IMG/VR virus record: IMGVR_UViG_3300043774_001557
Source: an uncultured virus (IMG/VR IMGVR_UViG_3300043774_001557)
Taxonomy: Duplodnaviria; Heunggongvirae; Uroviricota; Caudoviricetes
Length of the DNA stretch: 64,000 bases
Direction: 5' to 3' (one strand)
Positions 1 to 9,127 of this stretch are shown piece after piece. The position numbers and the translations under genes are program-made. The notes beneath the pieces are model-generated. The model was not told where the DNA came from, made no database searches, and saw only the letters and a program-made list of their open reading frames with translations. Every line of letters begins with the position of its first letter. The first letter of the stretch is position 1.

Positions 1-1800
1 ACCTTCGCCTACACCTCCACCGCCATGCCGATGCTGACCGGCACGCTGATCACCGCCACGGGTTTCCTGCCGGTGGGGCTGGCGCGTTCGACGGTGGGCG
101 AATACACCTTCGGCATCTTTGCGGTGACGGCGCTGGCACTGGTGCTGTCGTGGTTTGCGGCGGTGGTGTTCGTGCCATACCTGGGCTATCTGCTGCTGCA
201 TACAAAGTCGCACGTGGGCGACGGCGGTCACCATGAGCTGTTCGACACGCCGTTCTACAACCGCTTCCGCGGTTGGGTGAACTGGTGCGTGGAGTATCGC
301 AAGACGGTGATCGTGATCACGCTGGCGGCCTTTGTGCTGGGCGTGTTCGGCTTCAAATACGTGGAGAAGCAGTTCTTCCCGGATTCCAGCCGGCCCGAGC
401 TGATGGTCGAGCTGTGGCTGCCGGAGGGCTCCAGCTTCAGCCAGACCGAGGCCGAGGCCAAGCGCTTTGAAGCGCTGATGCGCCAGGAAAAGAACGTCGA
501 GAGCGTGACGCTGTTCGTCGGCTCCGGCGCGCCGCGCTTCTATTTGCCGCTGGACCAGATCCTGCCGCAGACCAATGTGGCGCAGGCCATCGTGATGCCG
601 ACCTCGCTAGAGGCCCGCGAGGGCGTGCGGGAGCACCTCATCGGTTTGTTGAAATCCCAATTCCCGCAGTTGCGTGGCCGCGTGAAGCTGCTGCCGAACG
701 GGCCGCCGGTGGCGTATCCGGTGCAGTTCCGCGTGATGGGCCCGGACATCGGCGGCGTGCGCAAGATCGCTGACCAGGTCAAGGCCATCATGGTGGCCAA
801 CCCCAACACCGTGGGCGTGAACGACAACTGGAACGAGAACGTCAAGGTGCTGCGCCTGGACATCGACCAGGACAAGGCGCGCGCGCTGGGCGTGTCGACC
901 GGCTCGATCGCGCAGGTCACGCAGACGGTGATGACCGGCGCGCCCATCGCCCAGTACCGTGATGGCGACAAGCTGCTCGATATCGTGATGCGCCCGCAGG
1001 AAGACGAGCGCAATACGCTGGCGGCGCTGGAGACCGTGCAGGTGCCAACGGCCAGCGGCCGCGTGGTGCCGCTCGCGCAAGTGGCGCGCATCGGCTTCAA
1101 GTGGGAGCCCGGCGTGATCTGGCGCGAGAACCGCGACTACGGCATCACCGTGCAGTCCGACGTGGTGGACGGCGTGCAGGGCCCGACCGTGACGGCGCAG
1201 ATCAACCCGCTGCTCGACAAGATTCGCGCGCAGATGCCGCCGGACTACCAGATCAAGATTGCCGGCGCGGAGGAGGAGAGCGCTAACGCCAGCGCCTCCA
1301 TTGCCGCGCAGATGCCGCTGTGCATTTTTATCATCTTCACGCTGCTGATGCTCCAGCTGCACAGTTTCTCGCGCGCCATGCTGGTGTTCCTGACCGGCCC
1401 GCTCGGGTTGATCGGTGCGGCGACGACGCTGTTGTTGCTCCGCGCGCCGATGGGCTTTGTCGCGCAGCTCGGCATTACCGCGCTCATCGGGATGATCATC
1501 CGCAACTCGGTCATCCTGGTCGACCAGATCGAGCAGGACGTAGCGACCGGCGTACCGACCTGGACCGCCATCGTCGAGGCCGCCGTGCGGCGGTTCCGTC
1601 CCATCATCCTGACCGCGGCGGCGGCGGTGCTGGCGATGATCCCGCTGTCGCGCAGCGGCTTCTGGGGCCCGATGGCGGCGGCCATCATGGGTGGCCTGAT
1701 CATCGCCACGGTGCTGACGCTGCTGTTCCTGCCGGCGCTGTATGCGGCGTGGTTCCGCGTCAAGCGGCCTGAAGCCGAAGCCGCCGCGCCAACGGCCTGA
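1..1800 (+). CDS. RND efflux permease (AcrB/AcrD/AcrF family), 5'-truncated by window edge; host gene
   Basis: Multiple TM segments, RND motifs (GMIIRNSVILVD, RFRPIILT, FWGPMA); frame open from base 1. Confidence 0.95.
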   Translation, partial: TFAYTSTAMPMLTGTLITATGFLPVGLARSTVGEYTFGIFAVTALALVLSWFAAVVFVPYLGYLLLHTKSHVGDGGHHELFDTPFYNRFRGWVNWCVEYRKTVIVITLAAFVLGVFGFKYVEKQFFPDSSRPELMVELWLPEGSSFSQTEAEAKRFEALMRQEKNVESVTLFVGSGAPRFYLPLDQILPQTNVAQAIVMPTSLEAREGVREHLIGLLKSQFPQLRGRVKLLPNGPPVAYPVQFRVMGPDIGGVRKIADQVKAIMVANPNTVGVNDNWNENVKVLRLDIDQDKARALGVSTGSIAQVTQTVMTGAPIAQYRDGDKLLDIVMRPQEDERNTLAALETVQVPTASGRVVPLAQVARIGFKWEPGVIWRENRDYGITVQSDVVDGVQGPTVTAQINPLLDKIRAQMPPDYQIKIAGAEEESANASASIAAQMPLCIFIIFTLLMLQLHSFSRAMLVFLTGPLGLIGAATTLLLLRAPMGFVAQLGITALIGMIIRNSVILVDQIEQDVATGVPTWTAIVEAAVRRFRPIILTAAAAVLAMIPLSRSGFWGPMAAAIMGGLIIATVLTLLFLPALYAAWFRVKRPEAEAAAPTA

Positions 1801-1895
1801 CCTGGCGCCGGGGGAGGGCTGGAAACCCTGCGGCGACTGCGATACAATCGCGGGCTTCCTTCCCGGCGCCCCTTGCGGGCGCCGCGGTCCATCCA

Positions 1896-1982
1896 GCGAG
1901 GGTGGCGAAATTGGTAGACGCACCAGGTTTAGGTCCTGACGCCAGCAATGGTGTAGGGGTTCGAGTCCCCTCCCTCGCACCA
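1896..1982 (+). tRNA. tRNA-Leu(TAG), probable prophage attachment locus (attL)
   Basis: GCGAGGG/CCCTCGC acceptor, anticodon loop TT-TAG-GT, long variable arm, GGTTCGAGTCC T-arm, encoded CCA; integrase follows 190 bp later. Confidence 0.97.
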
Positions 1983-2140
1983 AAGCCCATTTTTGGGCTG
2001 TTTTCCACCGTTTCACACGTTCACGCGCTTTCATGCTTTTCAGGCACGCAAAGCCAAGCCAGCAAAGGCTTGGGCTGTCTCTGCATGCCCCCGCTTTCAC
2101 GCGCCTTATCGCTCTAATTTTCACTTATACTCTGTGCCTC

Positions 2141-2172
2141 GGCCCCATTTTGGCCCCACGTTCGGCCCCACG
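2141..2172 (+). repeat. Three direct GGCCCCA repeats, probable integrase arm-type sites
   Basis: GGCCCCA at 2141, 2152, 2164 directly before int start. Confidence 0.55.
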
Positions 2173-2174
2173 CT

Positions 2175-3179
2175 ATGGCATACATCACCAAATCGGGAAC
2201 AGGCTGGCGCGCTCAGGTGAAGGTAAAGGGCGAGCGCGACAGTCGGGTATTCGACACAAAAGCCGAAGCCCATGCCTGGGGGGCGAAGCGCGAGACGGAG
2301 ATGCGCTCCATCGAAGGCGGGATGGGCAGCAAAACCCATACGATCGGCAATGTGCTTGATACCTACCGGCAAAAGGTGAGCCCGAAGAAGCGGGGCGCGC
2401 GCTGGGAAATGCTCCGCCTTGACCTGATCGGCCGGAAGGAGATCGATGGCAAGCTCTTCCGTGACATCCGTTTGGCCGACCTGAAGCCGCGGCACATCAC
2501 GGCCTGGCGTGATGCCAGAGAGCGGGAGGTGGCTGGCTCGTCAGTCTCCCGGGAGATGTCGCTGCTCTCGCATGCGCTCAAGGTGGCGCGCGACGAATGG
2601 GGATGGTTGCTTACCGATCCCATGAAGACGGTTGGCCGGCCAGCCGACAATCCACCGCGCGAGCGCCGCATCACAGACACTGAAATTGAGCGAATCACGC
2701 AGGCGCTCGGATTCCAAGAGGAGCTACCTGTGGAATTGCCGGTTCAACGGGTGGCTGTGGCATTTCTGTTCGCCATTGAGACAGCCATGCGCTCGGGGGA
2801 AATTCTAGGCCTTACCATCCACACCGTGGATAAGGCGGCGCGTGTGGCACATTTGCCGTTGACTAAGAACGGGGGCGCTCGAGACGTCCCGCTATCCACG
2901 CGCGCCCTCGAACTGCTCGAACTGCTGCCCGCAGTAGAGGAGGGGATGCCGCTTTTCAACTTGGGCGACCAGAGCAGAGATGCGCTTTTCCGGAAAGGTC
3001 GAGACCGTTCCGGCATCAAGAACCTCACATTCCACGACACACGCCACGAAGCCATCACGCGGCTGGCAAAGAAGCTCCAGCCGCTGGCCTTGGCCCGAAT
3101 GACGGGGCACACGGACCTCAATGAATTGATGACGTACTACAACGAGTCGGCGGCGGATATTGCCGCCCAGCTCGGCTAG
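2175..3179 (+). CDS. int: Tyrosine recombinase / phage integrase
   Basis: ETAMRSGEI (R), TKNG (K), FHDTRH (HxxR), TGH and YY catalytic residues. Confidence 0.95.
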   Translation: MAYITKSGTGWRAQVKVKGERDSRVFDTKAEAHAWGAKRETEMRSIEGGMGSKTHTIGNVLDTYRQKVSPKKRGARWEMLRLDLIGRKEIDGKLFRDIRLADLKPRHITAWRDAREREVAGSSVSREMSLLSHALKVARDEWGWLLTDPMKTVGRPADNPPRERRITDTEIERITQALGFQEELPVELPVQRVAVAFLFAIETAMRSGEILGLTIHTVDKAARVAHLPLTKNGGARDVPLSTRALELLELLPAVEEGMPLFNLGDQSRDALFRKGRDRSGIKNLTFHDTRHEAITRLAKKLQPLALARMTGHTDLNELMTYYNESAADIAAQLG

Positions 3180-3499
3180 TCCGTCTTGCGGGGGCGGCCA
3201 ATCACCTTGTCTCGGTGCCCCTCAGTCCAGGCGATGACCTCCGATGCCTTCCATAGGGGTTGAGCCTTGCCTTTCCCATCGTCCTCTTCGCCGGCCGTCT
3301 TCGCTCTGGCCGCCGGCAAACGGATTGCCTTCGGGAATCCTGGCAGCGTGACGATGCGCTCTCCAACTACGCGTGTTGAGCGCTGCAAATAGGCGCCGAT
3401 CATCTCCAGATTCCAGAGTTGCACGTCCAGTGGTAGCGCAGGTTTGATGCGTTTTCCGATGGCCTCGGCCAATCTCTCGATCAGGTCCGCTTCGCTCAT
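3176..3499 (-). CDS. Excisionase-like winged-helix protein
   Basis: Convergent on int; GFPKAIRLP...LWKASEVIAW AlpA/Xis-like pattern. Confidence 0.7.
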   Translation of the reverse strand: MSEADLIERLAEAIGKRIKPALPLDVQLWNLEMIGAYLQRSTRVVGERIVTLPGFPKAIRLPAARAKTAGEEDDGKGKAQPLWKASEVIAWTEGHRDKVIGRPRKTD

Positions 3500-4014
3500 G
3501 CTGCCACCCCCGTCAGCCACGCTGCGGCTTCATCCCGCCGCGGCCTACTCTGTTTGGCGTCCAGCCATCGCCTCCGGTTGATCTCGGTCTGCGTCAAAGG
3601 CTTGGGTCGCTTTTCATCCTTGCCGGGGCCAAGCTCCCAAAGTTTCGGGGGATAACCAGCATCGTTGACGCGAGCGCCGTAATCGCCAATGTGCACTTCG
3701 GCTGGATGATGATTCCGAAGCTCTTCATAGACGTGCTGACGAGAAATGCCAATGCGCTTTGATATTTCGAGCGCAGACAGCGCCTCGCCGGATTTCAGCA
3801 CCTGACAGATCATCCGCCATGTGGGGGAGTTACCCGCCTTGCATCCGCTGCCGCGCGGACCAAGTTTTAGCTTTGGTGCACGCTGAATGGCAGCAGCCTC
3901 GTTGCGCCCAGGCAGGCGATCAATCCACATCCTGATTGGCTCCCCATTGTGCCAATGGTCGCGCAGGATCTTGTCTTCTTCGGCGCTCCATTTGCGCCGG
4001 CATGATCTTTCCAT
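3496..4014 (-). CDS. Hypothetical DNA-binding protein (Myb-like WSxEED plus HTH)
   Basis: KWSAEEDKILR; LSALEISKRIGISRQHV; SD upstream. Confidence 0.6.
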   Translation of the reverse strand: MERSCRRKWSAEEDKILRDHWHNGEPIRMWIDRLPGRNEAAAIQRAPKLKLGPRGSGCKAGNSPTWRMICQVLKSGEALSALEISKRIGISRQHVYEELRNHHPAEVHIGDYGARVNDAGYPPKLWELGPGKDEKRPKPLTQTEINRRRWLDAKQSRPRRDEAAAWLTGVAA

Positions 4015-4015
4015 T

Positions 4016-4522
4016 TCACTCCTCCATCGCCTTCTGCACTGCAGCCTTAATGGCTTCCCTCGTTGCATCCCCGCCAGCGTGCAATCCGCGCTGATAGCAG
4101 ATCGCCCTGGACATGCGCGCATACGCACTGGGACTCACCGCGATTTGCGCCTCAACCTGTAGGGCGGCCGCGATTCGCTCGCGCTCTGCCTGATGCTTGG
4201 CGGCCATCTCGTTGATCGACTCGGCGAACTGGTCGGCTGTCAGCGAGAACGTGGCGGCGATGTCTGCGCGCACGTATTCGGTGTCTTCTGGCGAGCCGAT
4301 CGGCTTGGCACCGTCCGGGCCCAGGTAAAGCCGCTCGGGGATACCATCAGTCGGCGCGTGGATGGGCTGACTCAGGCGCTCGGCGATCCAGCGCGCGGCC
4401 GCGTGCTTCTCCTCATCCGTTGCAAAGCCAGTCACCTCGAGCCTCACATCCGGGAAGAGGCGCGCATGCACCACATCGCCGTTTTCGTCCACCAGCCAAT
4501 GGCCGGTTGCTAGGGATTCCAT
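4016..4522 (-). CDS. Phage hypothetical protein
   Basis: Fits tightly packed leftward operon. Confidence 0.6.
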   Translation of the reverse strand: MESLATGHWLVDENGDVVHARLFPDVRLEVTGFATDEEKHAAARWIAERLSQPIHAPTDGIPERLYLGPDGAKPIGSPEDTEYVRADIAATFSLTADQFAESINEMAAKHQAERERIAAALQVEAQIAVSPSAYARMSRAICYQRGLHAGGDATREAIKAAVQKAMEE

Positions 4523-4848
4523 GGCTCAGTGGCCGCAGGGCGGCACTTCTCCATCGTTGACAGGTGCGCCGCAGCCGATGCACTTACGCTCGGCCACGGG
4601 CTCTTCCGGCAAGCTCAGATCGGGATTCGTCCAATCATCCAAGTTCGGTTTCGTTTCCATGATGCGAATGTATTAGCAGTGAGGGCAAAGGAAAGCGGCA
4701 GTCAGCAGGGCCAGCCCTAAGCCGTAGGCACAGCCGGCGAGGCAGTCTCGAATGTCGCCGCTCATGAGCAAGCCATCGAACCAGCGCGACCGGTACTGGA
4801 CGGGGTTGCGGTATTGCAGGCGTCTTCTGAAGTCCATGGCGGCTCCGG

Positions 4849-6477
4849 TCATGCGGCTTGCTTGTGAAGGGCCGTGCCGATGTGGCGTACCAGTGCGTCA
4901 CAGATCAGGTCGAAGTCGCTTTCGTGGTAGAGCTTTGCGGCCTTGTCCGTTGTGGCATGCTTGAAACCGAGCGTTGCCAATCCTTCGGCGGTCAGCGTGA
5001 TCGGCGACAAGCGCTCATTGATCTGGCCGAGTCGCAGCGTGGGGGCACTGGCCGGGGTCGTTCGCGAGACAACTGGACGGCCAGCAGGGATGGGCGAAGG
5101 GTCCGTCGGCCTCGCCATCGCCGTTTCGATGATCGGTTGCTCTGCTGCCGCTTGGGCGATAGCCTCGTCCGCTTTGCGCTTCGCTTCTTTCTCGTCCTCC
5201 TGCCGCTTGTGCTCAGCAATCCGCGCCGTCACTGCGAGCTCGAAATCGTCGGCTGGCTTCTGGATCAGCGCCTGAAGATCGCGGAACAGGAATGCATGCT
5301 CTGCGTGCGGCTTGTACCAGTCCAGTTTGGCGCGCAGATCCTTGGCGGCCGCATCGGCGGCGATCTTCCCATTTGCCAGCGCCGTGTCGAGCTTGTCGTA
5401 AAGGCTGGCGATCGTCTTCAGGCCCTTGATCGCGCCCACAAAGTCGGGCGTCGCAACAACGATCTCCACCGTCTTCAGTTCCGCGTTGATTGCTGCGACG
5501 TGCTCGGTGAACTTCCCGCGGCGCTCGGCGACCGCATTTTCCTTGATCTGCTTCTTGCGGCTCTCGACCAGCTTGTCGAGAGCGAGACGTTTGGTGCGAA
5601 GCTGCTCCCGGACGTGGTTGCCCGTGCGCATCAGTTCATCGACGCTGGCCATCTGCGCGATCGCGGCATCCATTGCAATCTCGATTTCCTTCTCGGCCCG
5701 CTCGCAGAATGTGACGGTGGCCGCCGCATTGACGAAGTCTTCGTCGGTCTGCAGGTCGGTCTTGATGCTGGCGATGTATTGCTCGGCCGCCGTGCGGAAC
5801 GCCGGCAGGTTGCTCGTGATGACTTCGCCGCGGATTTGGACGGCGAGCGCCGGCAATGCCATGATTGCGTCGGCTTTGGGCTTCTCGGGGATGACAATGG
5901 GCGCGTACTCGGCCAGATCCTTGCGAAACTGGCTCCAGCCATCAACGATGTTGTCGAACCAAGCCCGATTCGGTTTGATCTCCAAGCTCACCATGTTGTC
6001 GTCGGTGCCATCCGAGCAGGTGAAAATCAGGCGCTCAGCGCCAGTCACCATCAGCACCTGTTGGGCCTGCGGCATGTATTCGTCAGGCAACTCGCCGTGC
6101 TCAAGCGATTCGGCCAGTGCGGCGTTCCATTGTTTGTGCTCCCACGCCGTGCGCTCATCCATCGTGAGGCCATCACATGATGCCGAGATATCGCCGATGG
6201 ACATGGTGACGGGGTACAAGTCTTCGCCGAGGCTGGCCTCAATGTAGGGCCGCGCCAGCGCCTCCACTTCATGGCCGCGATCAAGGATGTGCTCTTGTAC
6301 CCAGTCGCTGAATTCCTTCGGCATGCTGGTGTGCTTCATGTGCAGCAATTCATTGCGCCTGACTTTCGGCGAGATTCCGAGCATCGCGGCGGCCTCACTT
6401 GCGCCGTGATGCGACAGGCGGAATTCGATCCAGGCGTCGGATCCCTGCACTAGATCATGAGTGATTCGTTCAGTCAT
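4849..6477 (-). CDS. YqaJ/lambda-exonuclease family protein with long coiled-coil C-terminus
   Basis: QGSDAW..R...GASE, RGHEVE, SASCDG, EHK, Y.PQ.QQ motifs. Confidence 0.9.
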   Translation of the reverse strand: MTERITHDLVQGSDAWIEFRLSHHGASEAAAMLGISPKVRRNELLHMKHTSMPKEFSDWVQEHILDRGHEVEALARPYIEASLGEDLYPVTMSIGDISASCDGLTMDERTAWEHKQWNAALAESLEHGELPDEYMPQAQQVLMVTGAERLIFTCSDGTDDNMVSLEIKPNRAWFDNIVDGWSQFRKDLAEYAPIVIPEKPKADAIMALPALAVQIRGEVITSNLPAFRTAAEQYIASIKTDLQTDEDFVNAAATVTFCERAEKEIEIAMDAAIAQMASVDELMRTGNHVREQLRTKRLALDKLVESRKKQIKENAVAERRGKFTEHVAAINAELKTVEIVVATPDFVGAIKGLKTIASLYDKLDTALANGKIAADAAAKDLRAKLDWYKPHAEHAFLFRDLQALIQKPADDFELAVTARIAEHKRQEDEKEAKRKADEAIAQAAAEQPIIETAMARPTDPSPIPAGRPVVSRTTPASAPTLRLGQINERLSPITLTAEGLATLGFKHATTDKAAKLYHESDFDLICDALVRHIGTALHKQAA

Positions 6478-7336
6478 TTTCGTGAGCCCAGCTATCAATG
6501 GTGTTTTGTTGAGCAACGGTGAGTTTTTCGCCCTTCGACTCGATGAACTTGATCATCGCGGCAGGCGTCTTTCGGCCAGATTTCACGACCTCACGCCATG
6601 AGTCCTTGTTTGCATCGAATTTCGTTTGGTCGTAGAACCGTGGCTCGGCGTCCTTTCCGGTGCCACGCGTGGCGGCGGCTTGCCCACCTTGGCTCCCAGG
6701 CTGATCGTCGGCGCCTCCACCATCATCGTCATCACCTTTCGTGGATTTCCCAATGGCCGCGAGCAGGCTGTATCGTTCGAGATAGGTAACGGCGCTCCCG
6801 GCTTGCTGCATGACATTCTTCTTGCCGCTTGTGTCGGGCGGGCCTTCCATCCGGACCCTCTTCGAGTGACCGTCGACATGTGTGACGATGCAATCGACGA
6901 TAATCTTTCCCAACTCTTGCTGAATGTCCCAGTCATAGGTCAAACCATGGCGCGCCATGACGAGGCCAACGGCGTCTTCGATGTCGGAAAGTTCTGCGTG
7001 TTTGTAGCCGACGAAGTCACCCTCTCGGGTCGTGTATCCGACCTGCTTTCGCTTGAAGATCGGTGGGCACTCGGCCTTGAATGCAGCCATCGCGCGCCGA
7101 TAGGTCTTCTTCGCTTCATTGGCCTCCCACTCCATCTGCATCTTCATCAGACGCTCAAGACGATCAAGGTCCGCGCCGCTCTGAATGGCGAAGCGCAAAA
7201 GATCAACCGGCGTCGTAAGCGATGCGGCATTGGGTTGCTGGGCAATAGCCGATTGCTGCTGAACAACCGGCGGCTTTGTGGTCGGCGCTTCTGCGGCCTC
7301 GATGTCGATCACATCGGTCATCGTTGCGGTGCTCAT
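6470..7336 (-). CDS. erf: ERF-family single-strand annealing protein
   Basis: YKHAEL, QQAGSAVTYLERYSL, DDDG motifs. Confidence 0.9.
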   Translation of the reverse strand: MSTATMTDVIDIEAAEAPTTKPPVVQQQSAIAQQPNAASLTTPVDLLRFAIQSGADLDRLERLMKMQMEWEANEAKKTYRRAMAAFKAECPPIFKRKQVGYTTREGDFVGYKHAELSDIEDAVGLVMARHGLTYDWDIQQELGKIIVDCIVTHVDGHSKRVRMEGPPDTSGKKNVMQQAGSAVTYLERYSLLAAIGKSTKGDDDDGGGADDQPGSQGGQAAATRGTGKDAEPRFYDQTKFDANKDSWREVVKSGRKTPAAMIKFIESKGEKLTVAQQNTIDSWAHEND

Positions 7337-7602
7337 GCTTGCTCCAGATTGGCCGACTCAATGCGGGTGTAGGGGAACTTGTCCGGGAACGGCTTGATGT
7401 GCTTGTAGAAGTACGAGCCGATCGACTCGGCGCCCTTGAGCGCGGCGAAGTCATCGGGCGTGAAGTTGCTGTAGTGGTAGACGCTGCCCGGCTTGTCGCT
7501 TTTGCTCTTGAACTGGATCGCGAGCGTCTGCGATTCGGGGTCGTAGCCGATGGCGTCGATTTGGCTGGACTCGACGGAATCCATGGTGATCTGCTGGTTC
7601 AT
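7333..7602 (-). CDS. KTSC domain protein
   Basis: VESSQIDAIGYD...L.IQF...YHY...A.SIGSYF..HIK. Confidence 0.9.
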   Translation of the reverse strand: MNQQITMDSVESSQIDAIGYDPESQTLAIQFKSKSDKPGSVYHYSNFTPDDFAALKGAESIGSYFYKHIKPFPDKFPYTRIESANLEQA

Positions 7603-7680
7603 CTCTTCCTCCTGGTTGTTTGCGAATGTCTTAGCATGCGTGAACATTAGCACGTAGCTAATACATTAGCAAGAACCGGA

Positions 7681-7707
7681 AAGAAAAAAGCGCCACGGCG
7701 GGCGCTT
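7681..7707 (-). terminator. Intrinsic terminator ending the acp/ncRNA transcript
   Basis: AAGCGCC/GGCGCTT hairpin followed by T-run on minus strand. Confidence 0.65.
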
Positions 7708-7894
7708 GTCGGCAGACTATTTCTCTCGGTCTGCCAGCGGAGTCTTATCGCAGCTCTGCGGAGGACTTGTCGCAACCTCGGCGAGGGACTTCCCCTGCGT
7801 CTGGCCTCATGGCCATATGAAGCGGATTTTTCCGCTATTGGGCGCCGCAGCGCCCTGAATGCATGTAGGTAAAGGGCTCATCATGTCAGCGTAC

Positions 7895-8038
7895 CTAGCC
7901 GTACTCCATCTGCAGCGGCCTATATGCCTGGTCTAGTCGGCGTGGCATCTGCGCTCGAAAGCTCCGCCACGGCCATGCTATCCCCGCTGGAGCCCACAGC
8001 AGAGGAATCAACCAGAGAAGCAAGAACCAAACGATCAA
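7895..8038 (-). CDS. 47-aa hydrophobic membrane peptide
   Basis: AGGAG SD then TTG start; MIVWFLLLWLIPLLWAPAGIAWPW. Confidence 0.45.
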   Translation of the reverse strand: MIVWFLLLWLIPLLWAPAGIAWPWRSFRAQMPRRLDQAYRPLQMEYG

Positions 8039-8161
8039 TCGCTGCTCCTGTAAGTGTGGCTGGTGACGGGTTCCAGCGTCCGCCCAATCGTTGCGGCCGG
8101 TTTGTGCCCTCGGCTCGGCTTCCTCGGATGATTGAGGTGCGTACTGCGGTGGCGTGTAATC

Positions 8162-8232
8162 TGGCGCCCCTGCGCGGAATCGAACCGCGCTACTGCACGA
8201 ATAGACAAGTTCGCCGTAGTCCAACCCGGGGC
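8162..8232 (-). ncRNA. tRNA-like RNA (acceptor + T-arm + CCA, no D-arm)
   Basis: GCCCCGG/CAGGGGC-G-CCA; CGCGG-TTCGATT-CCGCG; central hairpin CTAC..GCGAA/TTCGT..GTAG. Confidence 0.7.
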
Positions 8233-8240
8233 ATGATTGT

Positions 8241-8760
8241 TGAGGGGCCGGACGCTACCCCGGCATTGTGTTTCGACTTCATCCTTGGCACCCCAAGGTA
8301 GGGCGGTCTGCGGCCACCTGCCTGCCTTAGTCCGGTTGGATTTCTGTGGTCCGGCTGATCCCACTGTGCGCCTCTCCGATTCCTAGCGCATTCCCTCACG
8401 TCATGGCGCCTGGGCGCGACATCCAGGTAACGCGTCTTCGCCATGCGTGAAGGTTGAGTGTTGCTGGGCTACTTTCACCGCTACGTACTGAGTTGGCCGA
8501 TGGCCCGGTCTTTAACGGGGATGGGTACTAGCCACCCGGATTCAGTCATGCAGAAACACTCAAGGATGGTGGCTTGACGCACTGGCTCTGCACTCAGCGT
8601 CACGCTGGCAATAGCAGGAGCACGCGAAGCCGCCATGCTTGAGAGTGCTGGGTTTAAGCTATAACCCTTCCCGGATATCCAGCCCAGCGAAGCTCTCCGG
8701 TGTAGTCGGTCTAAGGCTCCCCGCTGACTGGGCCGACACCCTCAGCGGATCAATGCTCTC
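8241..8760 (-). ncRNA. Array 1 of abutting structured RNA modules
   Basis: Five consecutive stem-closed domains: 8641-8760, 8560-8642, 8454-8563, 8393-8453, 8241-8398; no credible ORF. Confidence 0.6.
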
Positions 8761-8819
8761 TCGCAGGTATTCGTGCGGCGTCTCACCGCAGCGGCTTATC
8801 TAGCGGCCGTCGCTTCGGG

Positions 8820-9062
8820 TTAAACCTGTGCCGCGACGCGCCCGCTCACGTAGTCGATGGCTTGCTGTACGGTCTCGATCTTCTCGGCATCGTCGTCCGA
8901 GATTTCGAAGCCGAATTCATCTTCGATGGCCATAACCAGCTCAACAGCATCGAGAGAGTCAGCGCCAAGATCAGTGATGATGTTCTGATCCCCTTTCACG
9001 TCGTCGGTCTCGATGGCAAATTGCTGTGCGATGGTCTGCTTGACACGCTCTTCGATGCTCAT
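8820..9062 (-). CDS. acpP: Phage-encoded acyl carrier protein
   Basis: [32 protein letters not shown] with intact DSL serine; AAGGAG SD. Confidence 0.95.
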   Translation of the reverse strand: MSIEERVKQTIAQQFAIETDDVKGDQNIITDLGADSLDAVELVMAIEDEFGFEISDDDAEKIETVQQAIDYVSGRVAAQV

Positions 9063-9127
9063 AGCTATCTCCTTATGCGAATATATTAGCAGCCACTGCG
9101 GCATGATTCAAGGGGAATTTGTTTGGG

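Noticed and set aside
607..2124. Long antisense ORFs (also 4858-6180, 34026-35390, 39344-40669)
   Set aside because: Shadow frames of high-GC genes; no motifs
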